A DNA stretch of 64,000 bases from Selaginella moellendorffii (Eukaryota; Plantae; Lycopodiophyta). The position numbers and the translations under genes are program-made. The stretch's first letter is position 1; each line of letters opens with the position of its first letter. Below are positions 23,661 to 37,229 of the stretch, piece after piece. The DNA lies in NCBI RefSeq assembly GCF_000143415.4, contig NW_003314291.1, positions 1,344,517 through 1,408,516 of the forward strand, read 5' to 3'. The notes below the pieces were generated by a model. It had not been told where the DNA came from. It searched no databases and worked only from the letters and a program-made list of their open reading frames with translations.

Positions 23661-26126
23661 TATAAGGTTCAAGTGTATAGTTACAATGCCATATACTAAT
23701 ATTAGTGTAATTTTTGGTAGCTATCGAATTGGTTTCAATTTGGACCACTCACTCCTGTATATAAGCTAGGGTTTTTGGGCTAATTGATATGCATATTTCT
23801 TTATTCTCTTTTCATATTCCATTCCATGTAGTCATAGCCCTTTACCTATTTGATTTAATTTTACCAAACTCATAATAGCTTTGTTCAAGCATTTGTAAAA
23901 TTCTAATAATTTGCTATACTTGCAACAACATTTAGTTTTCTTGGTTTTTGAATTTTTATTATAAGTTATATGCTTTATTTTTAATATTTATTAACACATG
24001 GATTCCTTAGGGAATTGTGGCGTCTAGTTTTGAGATGGGAAAATACACTATGAAGTTTTCTTTACTGTATTTCAAATTTTCTCTTATAGGTGTTGTTATC
24101 TACAACTATATCCTCTAAAATGCTCTAACTTGCTACTTACACAAACTTTTGTTTTGTATCATACTTTCCAAATGTTGCAAAAGCTTTTTGATGTCACCTC
24201 ATGCTAAAGAAAAAACTTTGAGATCTTCCTCTAAAGAAACTTCTATCAAATGCAAATCTTTTCATCATAACTCCCTTGGAAATTATCTTATGGTTGTCTA
24301 GGATTTTCTTCTCCACTCAAAGCCTTCAAATTGACCAGTAATTCAAGTTAAGATCTTGCATGATACTCATGCTACCAATGATTGCTCTGCAGTTCCTTTT
24401 GCCAGACCAATCATTCATATGGATTTCAGATTATTTATAGCCCCTCCATCATATCAATTTTATAATTATAAACATGTTTATATATATAAACACAGGGTTA
24501 ATCTAATTGTATATCAACCATTAGATAGTACAGAATAAGCTAGCATAAACTAGGAGGTAATTTATAAATTATAAATATAAGATTAATCTAGAACCATAAG
24601 ATAGTAGAATACCCTAAAATATCTAAGCATATTCCAGATATATCCCTAATCCTGCTTTAAAATATTGATGCTAGAACTTGACACTTTCATTCTCTTGCAT
24701 CTCTATTCAAGACATAGATCATAATCTCACCAATGTCCTACTTGATTTTAAGTAGAGTTTTAGGTTTCTGCATTTGTGTTTCAAAAATCTCAACCATCTT
24801 GTTAGGAAGCATTCTTGTCTTCCTTAGGCGGTTTTGGCCTGGACAGTTTAGGCTTGGTCAGCATGGTATGGCAAGGAATCCTCATAAAAGGAGGGAGAAC
24901 ATGGTAAGTTACATTTTTGGCTTCTCTTTTCTTCTCTTCCTTCTTTTCAATTTCATTTTTATTCCTCCTTTGTATTCCTCTTCCATGAAATATATCAATA
25001 ATTCCTGCCAGGAGATCTGGGTGGATCTCAACACTTCTAGCTCTAATCCATACCATTTACATCTACAGTGCTCTAACAGGGGCACTTTCCAGCATGAATG
25101 CCTCTGATATAATCCACCACCTCCTATTAAATTTTGTTTTCATTTGTTATATGGAGGACTGCATGACAAAGGTTACTAGAAAACATGGCAAGTGGGAAAG
25201 ATAGCATGGCAAGTCCAAGCTAGAATATGTAAACCAGCACAACCTATTAGCCAAAATATTAGCCCTTTCAGCCAAAATTTTCCAAGTGTTTATAGCTCAA
25301 GCTCTAGTCCACACCCTAGCTGGCTCTCTCCACCACTCCCCAAGGCCCTTGCCCTTGGGTTGCAGCTTGCAACCCTAACAAACTTGTCAAGTATTAGGAT
25401 ATTTGCATGGAAATGGGTTTGAGTTATGGAGAAGTGATGCTCAAAGAAATCATGTGCTCACAAATGTCTGGTCCCATTTATACCAATCTATTTTTATTAT
25501 TTTATTTGTCTTTTTATATGTATGTTGTACCAATTTAGGGAAACAAGAATGTCATGCTTATGTTCCCAAAGTAAAGCCAAAAATGTATGACAGTCCAACA
25601 AGCATAACACGTTTAGACCAAAAATGCTAATTTGAAAAGTTTGGAACTCTCAAAGAAGCACTTGAGAAATGAGTATAAAGTGCTCAATAAGCGAGTCTAT
25701 AGAAATCAAGTGGTTCACAGAATATCACGTTGACCTCGAGGTAAGCAAAAGTGAATTTTACAAACTAAAGGTGGTAATATATGTTTTTTGCAACAATTAC
25801 TGTTGGTAGTAATTTCATTCCAACTCGATGAGATACTCGTGAAAAAGAGTTAGAGGAACTCTCATTAACAACATGCCATATGATAGTAGAATATTATTTA
25901 TTGTTTTTTTCATTCACTTAGCTCTTTTATAAGTCCGTCCTGTATCCCCAATAACACAATGAGGCATTGTGGGTATCTTCATTGGCTCCTACAGTAGATT
26001 GTTGACATCTTTCACGAAAGACGACATTAACATGGATATATAGTGTCAATTCAACCATTGGTGCCAAAAGATATAAAGGCCTTTGCTCCTAGTTGCGGAT
26101 TTCATTCTCTTTGACTTTTCTGATGG

Positions 26127-26226
26127 NNNNNNNNNNNNNNNNNNNNNNNNNNNNNNNNNNNNNNNNNNNNNNNNNNNNNNNNNNNNNNNNNNNNNNNNNN
26201 NNNNNNNNNNNNNNNNNNNNNNNNNN
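26127..26226. other. Assembly gap (100 N)
   Basis: Run of N. Confidence 1.
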
Positions 26227-26599
26227 TACAGCAAGTAGCGGTTCTATGGTGGAGGTAGTACGTGACTTTAGTAGGTCAGTGTTTGCTATTGAAGAACATC
26301 ATTTCTTCAAACGTCAACTTAGAGGATTTCATAAGTTGCCTCCAACGGAGGTAAATTATGTTTATTATAATTTCAATATATATTTAATTCTATTTTATAG
26401 ATCACAGTCACCTAGAGTTTTTAAAATTGGAGGCTTTGGAAGTCTCCTTAACTATGCAAAAGATATGGATCAACATATGCAAGATGAATCTTCCCCACAA
26501 TACCAGTATAGGAGGAAGCATAAAAGAAATCAATATGTTGATGATGAGGCAAAAGAAAGTTAATTGCATCCTTATATAAAATGAAAAATTTGTTATATG

Positions 26600-28586
26600 T
26601 TAGATGTTTGTGAAAGTGTTAGATGTCAGTAAAAGTGTCAGATGTTAGTGTCAGTGTCAGATATCATAATTGCAAATCATTCTCACTTGTCACCATCACT
26701 TTGTAGCACTTGTGTATTGCCATCTCCTCTTTCAACATTTTATAAACAATTGTATGTGATATGATTTTATTATAGTTTTTCTTTTAATAGTGACAATACT
26801 ATAGTATAGTAAAGTAATTCTAGATCTTACATTTCATTATAGGGTGACTTAAAAACCCCATATTTTGCACTAACCAATGCAATGTTTCCCAAAGGGATGT
26901 TGTTCCTCACCATGAAGCGATAATGGGTATGTATCCGTAACTCATTCATGAATCTATTGTACATCTACATGTGCACATTTTTTAGACCCACCGTTGGGCA
27001 ATTCCTATAGTGCTCAAAAAAATTTGTAAACCCATAAAGCCATTTGTCTTGTCCAAGAAAAAATAACATATTAGACACCGAATGTAATAGCGTTCTATGC
27101 TTTCAAGTAATCCCACCATATCAGGAGCAAAATCTTGCAAAAACATGTGGTATTACTCTTGAAGCGCTGGAGGCAATCCCTCTCTAATAGCAAAATTCAG
27201 AAATTCATATATAGGGAGCTCNNNNNNNNNNNNNNNNNNNNNNNNNNNNNNNNNNNNNNNNNNNNNNNNNNNNNNNNNNNNNNNNNNNNNNNNNNNNNNN
27301 NNNNNNNNNNNNNNNNNNNNNTTATGTGGAGATGAAGGTAGAATGTTGGTAGAACTTAGGAATGGAGGTGGAGATTGATATGAAATATTAAGGGGCCAAG
27401 TATAAGTAGTAGTGATTTTCCTTTACAAACTTCCAAGGAGCTCAAAGAGAACAAAAAAACTACAATGACTATAACTTTTCTAGATAGTTTATATACTAAA
27501 TTTTAATCTCGGGAATGAGGTTTATTTATTATGACACTGATAATACTCAGATTCTTTAAATGTCAGTCTTGGAAATGGGGCTTCATAATCATAATTTGCT
27601 TGTAAACATAAGAGCTTCTAAAATTTAGATTATCATGTATACACATGCTCTATCATTATGATGAAATTCTACTTTGCTACACATATATTATTTTCTACAC
27701 ATGCCAAATGTCTAGAGAAATAAACTACAAAGAAATATAGACCACATTATAGTGGCAGAGCATGTTGGGCATGCTACCATTCTCTCATGTGAAATTGCCT
27801 TTTAGTCTTGGAAATGTAGGTAAAGTTGATTCTTTGATGTGATGTTACTTTTGAGTTTTTTGAAAGATTTCGATTTCTTTTATTATTATTCACAAACAAC
27901 TCCCAAAAACTTTTAATGATGATTCACTGCAAAAATATACCTTAGTCTTATCATATGAGAGGATTGCGATATAGGCAAGCAATAGAGTTTTTAATATGAA
28001 TTAATATGTAAATTACAAATGTCATGGAAAGTTTTATGGAGTAGATTTTTTGGTGCTTTCTGCCATGCTGTTCATTTCTTCATTTCTCTTGCTTTGGACT
28101 GTTGTTTCAAAAGTATTTTTATCAATCGTGATAGTGGTTTCCACATTCCTAGATGGGTAATAAAGACTAAAAGTGTAATATAGAGATTGTGGTAGTGAAA
28201 AAAATTAATATTCTCACATTCATTTACACTACAACTCTTACTTACAAATCTTGTATTTTTCTTGCTTCCTATCTATAGCTATAAAAGTATTCAAAACATT
28301 AAATAGTCAAATCAAAATATGACAACTATAACAATAGTCATAATAAAATAATATAGCTTCATAAAAGATAGGTTCTTGTGAACTTTGTCTTTTTTAAACA
28401 ATTCAATCTTATAGGAACTTTTAACTTAGATATTTACATATTTAAATATTTTAAATTTTGCTAAAACCTTCATTTGTTCAATTTAGATTTCCTTTATAAA
28501 ACTTCTAGTTGACTGTGTTGACTTAAGTTGACTTGTGTTGAATTGAGTTCAACTCATAAGCTCAACTCAACTTTAGACCATCCCCC
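26600..28586 (-). mobile_element. Second, colinear copy (parts A+B) of the unclassified repeat
   Basis: Matches 11880-12565 directly and 14272-15180 in reverse complement. Confidence 0.7.
27222..27321. other. Assembly gap (100 N)
   Basis: Run of N. Confidence 1.
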
Positions 28587-28589
28587 TAT

Positions 28590-29130
28590 TGAGTTAGGGC
28601 CAAAAGGTTTGTCCACTAAGTCCCACTAACCATTATTAAACAAAAGGGTTACTCCTCTTTTTTCACTATCAAAGATTTTAGGATGACTTTTTGAAACACT
28701 ATATCCTAACATAAGCTTTGTGGGTACTCTCCCCACCTTCACCACTAGAGTGCCCTAACCACATGGCTAAAGAGAGGTTTTAATGAGCCATACGAAGTAT
28801 TGAAGTAAGTAATGCCACCCACACTTAGATTAGATAGGCTCAAATTTAAATTGAGTTTCAAACTCAATTTCAGATTTGGTCTCAAACTTGGATTTGACTT
28901 CAGACTTAGTCTATATATTATGATATTTGCCATGTGTCAAGCACTCTTTTGTCATTTTCTAAAGATTTATTTATTAATCACTTCATGTTTATTCCTCTCT
29001 TTAGGAGTTTTACTCCTACTTTTGACTTTTCAAATCAAAGCTTTTGATCCTAATATGTTACTTTTATTGGATTTCCAGTTCCACTACCATATACTTTGGC
29101 TCCATTTTAAAGAAGGATTTAGGTCTTACA
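28590..29130. mobile_element. Old, decayed LTR relative of the 48-56 kb family
   Basis: ggagttttactcctacttttgacttttcaaatcaaagcttttgatcc resembles ggagttccactcccgctcttgacttttcaagtcagagcttttggtcc (about 49835). Confidence 0.55.
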
Positions 29131-30415
29131 TTAATAGACAAAGTTTAATGTCCTCATCTAATGATAATCTATTTCTTGAAATAGCTCTATCATGGATTAC
29201 CTTTTAATCTTTAGGACCAAATTAATATTTTTCAATGGTTTAACATTGAAAGTTCATCATGCCTTGCACATTCTTTAAGAATCACCCAACTTATAGACCC
29301 AATTTTTCATTTGTGAGGGTTCCCTTTCTCTACTAGTTTAAATCCCACTAAACCCACTAAAGATTATCTCTCCATCTTCAACTTTATTACTCATTTTAAA
29401 ACCCTATTACTATAAGGATCATAATATTGATTTCCCATTTTAGTTTTCTAGATATCTCCAATACCTTCCATACACATTATAATTGTGTGTAATTTATTCC
29501 TAATCTTAAGGAGTTCCTTACTTGAGAATATCATCATCCTTTCCTTTTTTCTATACCAACTTAGATATTTAGTTCCACCCACTACATGGTAGAACTTTCT
29601 AAAGAGTTTTCTCTTTTGAACTTATCCATATATCAGTTTTGGTGTTCTTACATCTAACTTCCAAAATTAGTTCCATCCGTATGTCCTCAAGATCTCTCCA
29701 TATCAGTTTGCGACTCTACTGGGGAAAGCACATCCTCTAGTTTCTTAATCTCTCAAAGTTCCAAGCTCTAAAGCAACATGAGACCATAAAAATATACAGA
29801 TACAAAAGTTTGAAAGTAAACAATGCAACTCACTCCATCCCAGGCTGGTGCTCATAGTTATCACCCCAAGGGCACAAGATCATAATACCAAAAGAAATGA
29901 GTGCTTCAGCCAACAGTTAGCAAGGATCCTATGTAGGTTAGCAAACCAAACACTGAATGGACCACCCTTCAATGGCCTACTTTCAACACAGATGATGCCA
30001 AGAGTAACCATAGTGAGCTCAGCCAAAATGAAGTGCAAGAAGACAAAGAAACAAAAACACACATGAAGGAAACCATTCAAGAAAGCAATGCAAAGCCAAA
30101 CCAAAGTGATTTGAAAGAGAGAGAGATCAATTTTAGTCATTAACAATAAAAACTGACTAAATGAAAAATGGAAGAAAATTGACCATTTCCATTGTCTCTT
30201 GCCTCCATGACCAATTGGTATATCAATGGGGCCAAGGGATGAGCAATCCCAACAGTTGGACACAAGCGAAGCATGATCTAGCCCCAACACAGCACCAGGC
30301 TGGTTGATAACAGAAAGAATTCTCACATAGACCAGCAAAGTTTAGTAGCAAAAAGAAAACCGAATAGGAATGAAACTAGATATCAATTAAGTATACCAAG
30401 TAGACCTAGATGCGA

Positions 30416-32780
30416 TCACAAGAAGTACCTCTTTAAGTGACTACTGTTTATCAGATTTGGCAATGCATGTCCTGTGAGCTTTGCGAGAAGATAAGAGTTA
30501 GCACCTACAGTACGAAGTACCTTATAGTGACCAATCCAAGGAGATTGGAACTTTGCATGGTGTATAGTTGCTGCGTCAAATCGCCAGACCAAATCTCCAG
30601 GCAGAAACGTCTCCCCTCGCTGGCGCCAAAGCAGCCCAATGTTGTGATATCTGAATACGCAACATCGCAAGCTCTCAATCCTCATCCAACTGCACCGACT
30701 GTTCCGCTTGCTGTGTAGTCGAAGTGACTGAGGTTGACATAGATGGATCAGCTTCCTCTGTAAAAACTCTATATGTTGGCAAGCACAGCTGGATTGGCAA
30801 CAGTGCCTCAAGGCCATATACCAAACAAAATGGTGTAAAACCTGTTGGCAGCTTCTCTATTGTATGATATGATCAGAGGGCATGAGGCAAGAACAATAGC
30901 TAGGATCTTGGATTATCTTGGACCAGCTTCTGAAGGATATGCTTCAGTGATTTAATTCGTGATCTCTGTTTGCCCGTTTCCTTGAGGCCAATACGAACTT
31001 GACTTCAAGTGTGAAACTCCCAGTTTCTGGACCAATTCAGCCACTACTGAGCCGAGAAAGTGTGATCCACGATCAGACAGGAGGATATGAGGTACTCCAA
31101 AACGACAGCAGATATGAGTATATATAAAGTTTGCTGTGGTAAACTTGATCTGCTGTCGCACAGAAGATCGCCTCAACCCATTTGTTAACACTGTCAGTAG
31201 CCGCAATGATGTACACATGACGATTAGAAGCCAATGGGAAAGGTCCTGCGTAATCAAGGTTCCACCTTGAGAATGGCGCCTCTAGTGCAATAGGATGTAG
31301 TGGGAGCTTTCCCTTCAGGCAGACGACCTCAAATCGCTGGCAAGGTTGGCAGTGTTGAACAAAATGAGTACTGTCCGCGTATAGAGTTGGCCAGAAATAC
31401 CCTGCCCACAACACCTTTTTGCTGGTCAGTCATGGACGCTAGCACCTTCTCTGCTTCCTCTGCATCAATGCATCGTAACAAAGTGCCATCCTCTTGTCAT
31501 CGGTACAGAATATCATCCACTAGGAGGAATTTAGCCGCTCGCTGAAAAAGTTGATGTCGTTCCTGTTTTGACAAATGCGAGCATGGATCCCCCCGAAGAA
31601 CAGCCAGTAAATCTCTGTACCAAGGGCAATGCACAGCAACATATGTAGTCTCCAAACTCTAGTCAGTGCTAGAAGGAATGGCAGTGGTTGCCAAAAGAGA
31701 CGTGAAAGATGTGGGATCCAACACTCGTTCATTCTCTGTGAGGATGAAACTTGGAGTTGTAATATCCAGTGGGCGTACAGGCCTTGCAACACCGGGCGAC
31801 TAAGCAGGTATGAGAGCGGGTTGACTGGTGTGTGAACCACCATTGGTGGCCCATTGAGTCTCCCAGATAATGTCGGAGCTTATGAAAAGCAAACACTATC
31901 ACTGCACAATACTCATCAATCTTGGGCTTGGCCAGCTCTGTGAGTTCCAGATACCGCCCCATAAAATAGATCGCAGTCAATGGAGATGAAGGCATCATGA
32001 GTTGTGGTTGACATAGGGCCACATTAACCATATGGTCATGGATCGCCAGAAATAGATGAAACTGCTTCGTATAGTTTTGGGGCTGAAGTGCAGCACTGGA
32101 CAAAAGAGCTTGTAGGAAGTGATCATAAGTTTTTTGACACAATGTGGACCAGTAAAATGTGTTGGTGCTGCAAAGGAGATCATATAACGGCTTTGCCAAA
32201 GCTGCGTAACCACATATGAAATGGCAAAAGAAACCAATCCCTCTCAAGAACCTTCGTAATTGTGACAAAGTGGATGGTACAGGGACTTGAGCCAGTTGCT
32301 CTGCTTTGGGCCTGTAAATCTCGATGCCCCATGCACTGACAATAGCCTCCTTTCAGGTACAAAGAACTGGCACTTTTGCGGGTTGAGTTGGACATGAAAA
32401 AGCTGACACCTTTGAAGAATTTCCCAAAGATGACAACTTCTTTGATTGTGCATGTGGTGAATTTGTCCATATGGGAGTGTAGCGTAAGGTCGTGAAATAT
32501 GAACATCATCACGCTGAAAGGTTGATGGCGCATTCACCAATCCAAAAGGGAGAACCCCATGGAGTGCAAAAATAGGTCTTAAGTTGATCTTCTTCTGTTT
32601 ATAACCTGAGAACTCATCCCATCAAGAATGGAGTTGGGAAGTAATCTCACCTTGTTAAGAGCCCTACACACACTTGTAAATTTTCATTAGCTTTACAACC
32701 AGCACTATGGATGAAATCCAATCAGCAACCTCTACCTGATAGATAAAATTGGATTGAAGTAGTTGTTGAATCTCCTATTT
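30416..32780 (-). mobile_element. Degraded Gypsy pol of Athila/Tat type (RT, RNase H, integrase)
   Basis: AGYFWPTLYAD..CQPCQR, WNLDYAGPFP, NKWVEA, CRFGVPHILLSDRGSHF, YWPQGNGQTE, PFGLVNAPSTFQR. Many frameshifts. Confidence 0.9.
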
Positions 32781-32934
32781 GATAAGGTTCAAGAACAGGA
32801 TTTGCAAACACGAAAGCTTCCACAGATTCATGCTCCTCCGAAGACAAATAATAAACAAAGGCTTCAACTGTGTGGTGTTATCAGAAAAATTACTTTTCAA
32901 TTCTAAATAAGTTGACATCTTCAAGAACTCTAAC

Positions 32935-33200
32935 TGTGAGTCTGGCTATGCTGATATCTTTGGGACTATGGCTCCTGCTATATTGGAGTCTTTGAGAACA
33001 GGACTTGGGCTTTGGCTCCAGCTATGCCAGTGTCTTTGAGAATGGTCCCAACTAGGGCTTAGACTCGGGCTATGCTATTATCTTTAAGAACGGTTCCAAC
33101 TGGGGCTTTGGCTCTGGCTATGCCACTTCGAGAACCACTCTGGCTATGTTGGTATCTTTGATAGCAGTCTCTACTTCGACTATGACTCTGGCTCCAGCTG
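32935..33200. repeat. Degenerate tandem repeats (gctttggctc..gctatgc..tctttgaga) upstream of the Gypsy pol
   Basis: Recurrent ctggctatgc / tctttgag motifs. Confidence 0.55.
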
Positions 33201-33668
33201 TAGCAGTATAAAAAGAAAAAATAGAAAAACAACAAGATCACAATAAAGAGCAAACATTCATCTCATAGTACCTCTAGGCTCAAGAATTATTGCCACTAGT
33301 GAGCTAGTATCACCTTTGGGAGCAGCTACTAACTATTGGGAAATCTTACATGAAGGAATTCTCATTGCATTTTTGACAGCTGAGACAAAATGAGAAACTT
33401 ATAGTAAGAGAGAATTTATTATCAATAAAAATCAATAAACTGAAGTGGGTATTCCAGTGGGTTTCAAATCTTTCTCTGATAGAATCAGTTATAGAGAATC
33501 ACATAACTTACGTTCATCTATAAGAAAGACAGCAAAGTTGCCTCCATCAAGAGCGAGAAGCGTGTTGCCTTGTATAGCTACCAATGTAGTTGTGTAGTTC
33601 GTAAGCCACAACCAGAACTAGTAGATGAGAAAAATCAAGAAGGTACTAACAAAAACAATTAGACTACT

Positions 33669-36113
33669 TGTTGGGTACAGCCAAGAGAATGCCAAAGGAC
33701 TAAGCATCATGAGACACCATGGAACACCAAGGGACAAGAGAGAGTATATAGAGAGTGTGCTTGAAAATACTTTTATTGTGCTCTTTTCTTTGTTTTTCTT
33801 TGGAGTGAACTAGAATGTTAAGATTTTAGGACATAGTGGAGTCTAGATTATAGCACCATAATAGCCAGATGAAGTAGCTTCTAAGGAGGATCTGGATCAA
33901 TACGTATAAGATTTTGAAAAAATTAGACAGCTTGAGTCCAAAGCCAAAATCATGATGCTGAACTTAAAAATGGAGCTATGGCATCAAAGCTTTCAATCCT
34001 AATAGGTGTATAGATTTTTGTAGTGGATTGTGGATATGTGCATGAGAAAATGACAAAGAAGCCTTTAAAAAGGACAAGAGCTGAACAAGATATAGAAATT
34101 TTATAATTTGTTCACCTTGATGTTGTGCAAATGGGTCAAAGCATCACTATTGGAGGAGCAAGTTGCTTTCTGCTCACTGTGGATCATATGAGTAGATAAG
34201 TCTTCATGATTCTACTCAAGAAAAAAGCATAAGTTTGGTCAAAGTTCCAAGCCTAGATGGTTAGAGTTAAGCACAAGACTAGAAAACATCTCAAAACTAT
34301 TCACACTAATGGACGGTTAAAGTTTCTAAACATAGAGCTTATGCTGTTCTTCAGAAGAGGGAATTTCTCAATAAAAGTTGGTGGTGAAAGACTTCAAGTT
34401 TCTTATATATCCATGCTTTAGAAGGAGTCTGACCATTGTTGATAAGCAATGTGTGAAGTGCTTCTCCAAAAACATGAAACAATGTTTTTTGGCTTTTATT
34501 ATAGAATAGACTGCATTTCTACAACTCCATTCTGACCATGTTTATATGCCTTCGAGTGTTTGGAAGTCTAGGTTTTTGCTATATACCTCATGTTGAACAG
34601 CTGACAAAGATGAATGATCAAAGCTACTTTTGTGGGATATAGATCAAACAGCAAGGACAATCATCATGAATTCCCTTCAAACCAACAAGTTGTTCCTAAA
34701 TAAATGCCTCAAGAAGCACCAAAAGCTATGGTACAATAGTAGATAGAGCCAATCTCACCTCATTGCCATGGCAAACAACATAGTTTTACTTGGAGCGCTC
34801 CAATTCAGTCAGGCTTACTAAAGAACCAACATCCTACTAAGAAGCTCTCAACTCTGCTAATGCTGAACAATGGTTAGGAGGCATGAATGATGAGTTTCAC
34901 TAAACACAACACATTCACACTTGTTCCATGACAAGAAGGTATGAATGTTTTGGCTAACAAGTGGGTTTTTAAGACAAACTCAGAGAGTTAGTTAAGGTTT
35001 TTTCCCAATAACATCACTTCATGTTGTTCTTGCTTTAGCTGCATATTATGCTTTGGAGCGCCATCAAATGGATGTATAGAATGCATTCGTACATGGAGAT
35101 CTCAAGGAAGAAGTTTCTTCATGAGTTTAGGCTTTGCTGGGGCTCATGCAGATTGGAACATCTATATTAAGTAGGCAGATGGAGTTCTAGGAGTTATAGC
35201 AGTGTACGTGGATGACTTGATTCTAGTAGATTTGCAGTGACTAAAAAGCTTCTAGTGGAGCTTAAAGCTGCTTTATCAGCCTGATTCAATATGATAGACC
35301 TGGGAGAGTTATCATACTGTCTTGGCTTGCAGATAATTCATGACTGTGCTAACAAATCTATTTTTTCTTTATCAGGCCAAATTCATAATAACCATTCTGG
35401 AGATATTTCTTGGAGAAGTGTTCATATACACCATCTGGTTAAAGTCTTTTGCTTGATGCATCCACAGCCTGAGGAGGAGAAAAATGAGATGGCCACCAGG
35501 CCATTTCATGGTCTTGTGGGTAGTCTTCTCTACTTATCCATAATCAAGGACACAAACACTAGCAAGCTCAAGTCATTGGATGCAAATTATCTTGGAGATC
35601 CAAATGACAGAAAATCAAAAACTAGTTTGTGTTTCAACATGCTTCAAGGAGCAATTAGCTGGACAAGTAAGAAGCAGTCAATGGTGGCAACTACAACATG
35701 TGAAGTAAAGTACATGGCTCTTAGCCAAAGAAGCTATTTGGTTCAGGAATTTATTTCAGGACTTCAGATCTGCATAAAAATCCACACCAACTCAACTCTA
35801 CAATGACAATATCTCAGCTGTGAAACTTGCTCACAATCCTATACTTCTTGGCAGCACAAAACACATTGAAACCAGACTTCACATGATCAGAGATCACATC
35901 ACCCACCAGCAAATATCTCTCAACCACACCCCTGATTGGGGCAGCCGAGAGAAACACTTCTTTGTTTTGCACTATGGCTGCCTTGGCTAACCAAGAGTGT
36001 CCTATGCTTTGGCTGAGGGGGGAGTGTTGGTTACAGCCAAGAGAAAGCCAAAGGACGGAGTTGGCCTCCAAACTGCTGAGTGCTTTTATTGTGCTCTTTT
36101 CTTTGTTCCAATA
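33669..36113 (+). mobile_element. Internally deleted, degraded Ty1/Copia element with short LTRs
   Basis: LTR starts tgttgg(g/t)tacagccaagagaa at 33669 and 36025; PPT gaggggggag at 36015-36024; flanks CTACT/CTACC; VYVDDLIL, MIDLGELSYCLG, AISWTSKKQSMVA and KHIE motifs. Confidence 0.88.
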
Positions 36114-37229
36114 CTACCTTAGCGTTCAATGGGCCACTTCCATCAATATCAGGTTCATCATCTTCCCATCTATTGGCAAAACGTGCTTCTTTTGCTGAAA
36201 CTTAGTTCATTAGCTTTGACAAGTTGCTCATCCACAATGCAGTTGCACGTGATAAAGCTCTTAGTATGTTAGGATTACTTAGAGAAAGCCGTCCGTGTGG
36301 CTTCCAAAGCTCGTTAATTTTTTTCTCTGGCAACAAGGCAATCTGGATGAGAAACAGGATATACTACTGTCCTTCACAGTAATCGGCAATCTACGAACAA
36401 CACTTCCTCTGCTAGCCAGCACCAGTTAGCATTCGACGGTGCTGCCAAAACTTACATGAAAGATTGCAGTTTTCAGGTGATTCCTTTGCGCCGTCACCCA
36501 CTTGACGCAGTTCACTTCTCCACTAAGCACGTCTACCTTCGCCTACCATCGCCAAATGCCCTTGCTATATCCCAAAAAATTGTGAGACGGAATCAAAAAC
36601 ACTTGATAAGCGTGAACCAAGTCAATGGCTCGTAGCTCGAAAATGCTTGATCATACATCATGCCAGACAATGTTGCTAGACTGGCTCATCAATAAAGCTG
36701 CAGCAATCCCTTAACGTTCCGGATTGTTTGACAAAGCTGTTTCTAGTAGTCGCCAACTTCTTTCCAAATACTTACCTGGTTAGAATGGCAGATTGACGAA
36801 GTTGGCATCTCTCTCATCGGACAAGGCAATACAGTCTTGTTCCACGAGTTGTCTAGAAACTCCTTGCTTAAGGCACAGTTCTTAGACTTGGTGAATTGGG
36901 ATTTCTTCCAGACAACAGTTTGGACATGCCATAATATTAGTCTCCATGTTCGAGTAAAAATCCTTAAAAGGAGGCTGTGGAGAGAATTTTATTTATTTCT
37001 AAAAAGGTATGACAACACTATAGTAATCTTGTTTTCATTTCTTTCACTCACATATCCCTGAAACACCCCTACGCTGATTTTCTGACTGGGTGTGTTTCTT
37101 TTTTCTTCTGTACAGAGACCCAAACATGAAAGAAAAAAATGGAGAACGCAGCAGCAGCGGGAAGATTCCTTGGGAAAAAAAGAGCAAAGAATTGGCGAAG
37201 AAAAAAGAAGAAAAGAATTAGTGTGTCAA

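Noticed and set aside
24550-26120. Short ORFs in AT-rich sequence before the first gap
   Set aside because: No identifiable domain; probably TE debris but not classifiable by eye.
26850-27220. HUH (Replitron/Helitron) motif in the unclassified repeat (HTHY)
   Set aside because: A single short motif in frameshifted sequence, with no convincing catalytic Tyr motif.
29880-30338. env-like ORF downstream of the Athila/Tat integrase
   Set aside because: Short, hydrophobic only through T-richness, in a decayed element; no supporting motif.
36200-36960. Possible gene fragment between the Copia and the kinase
   Set aside because: Splice-like signals are present but there is an in-frame stop and no recognisable domain.
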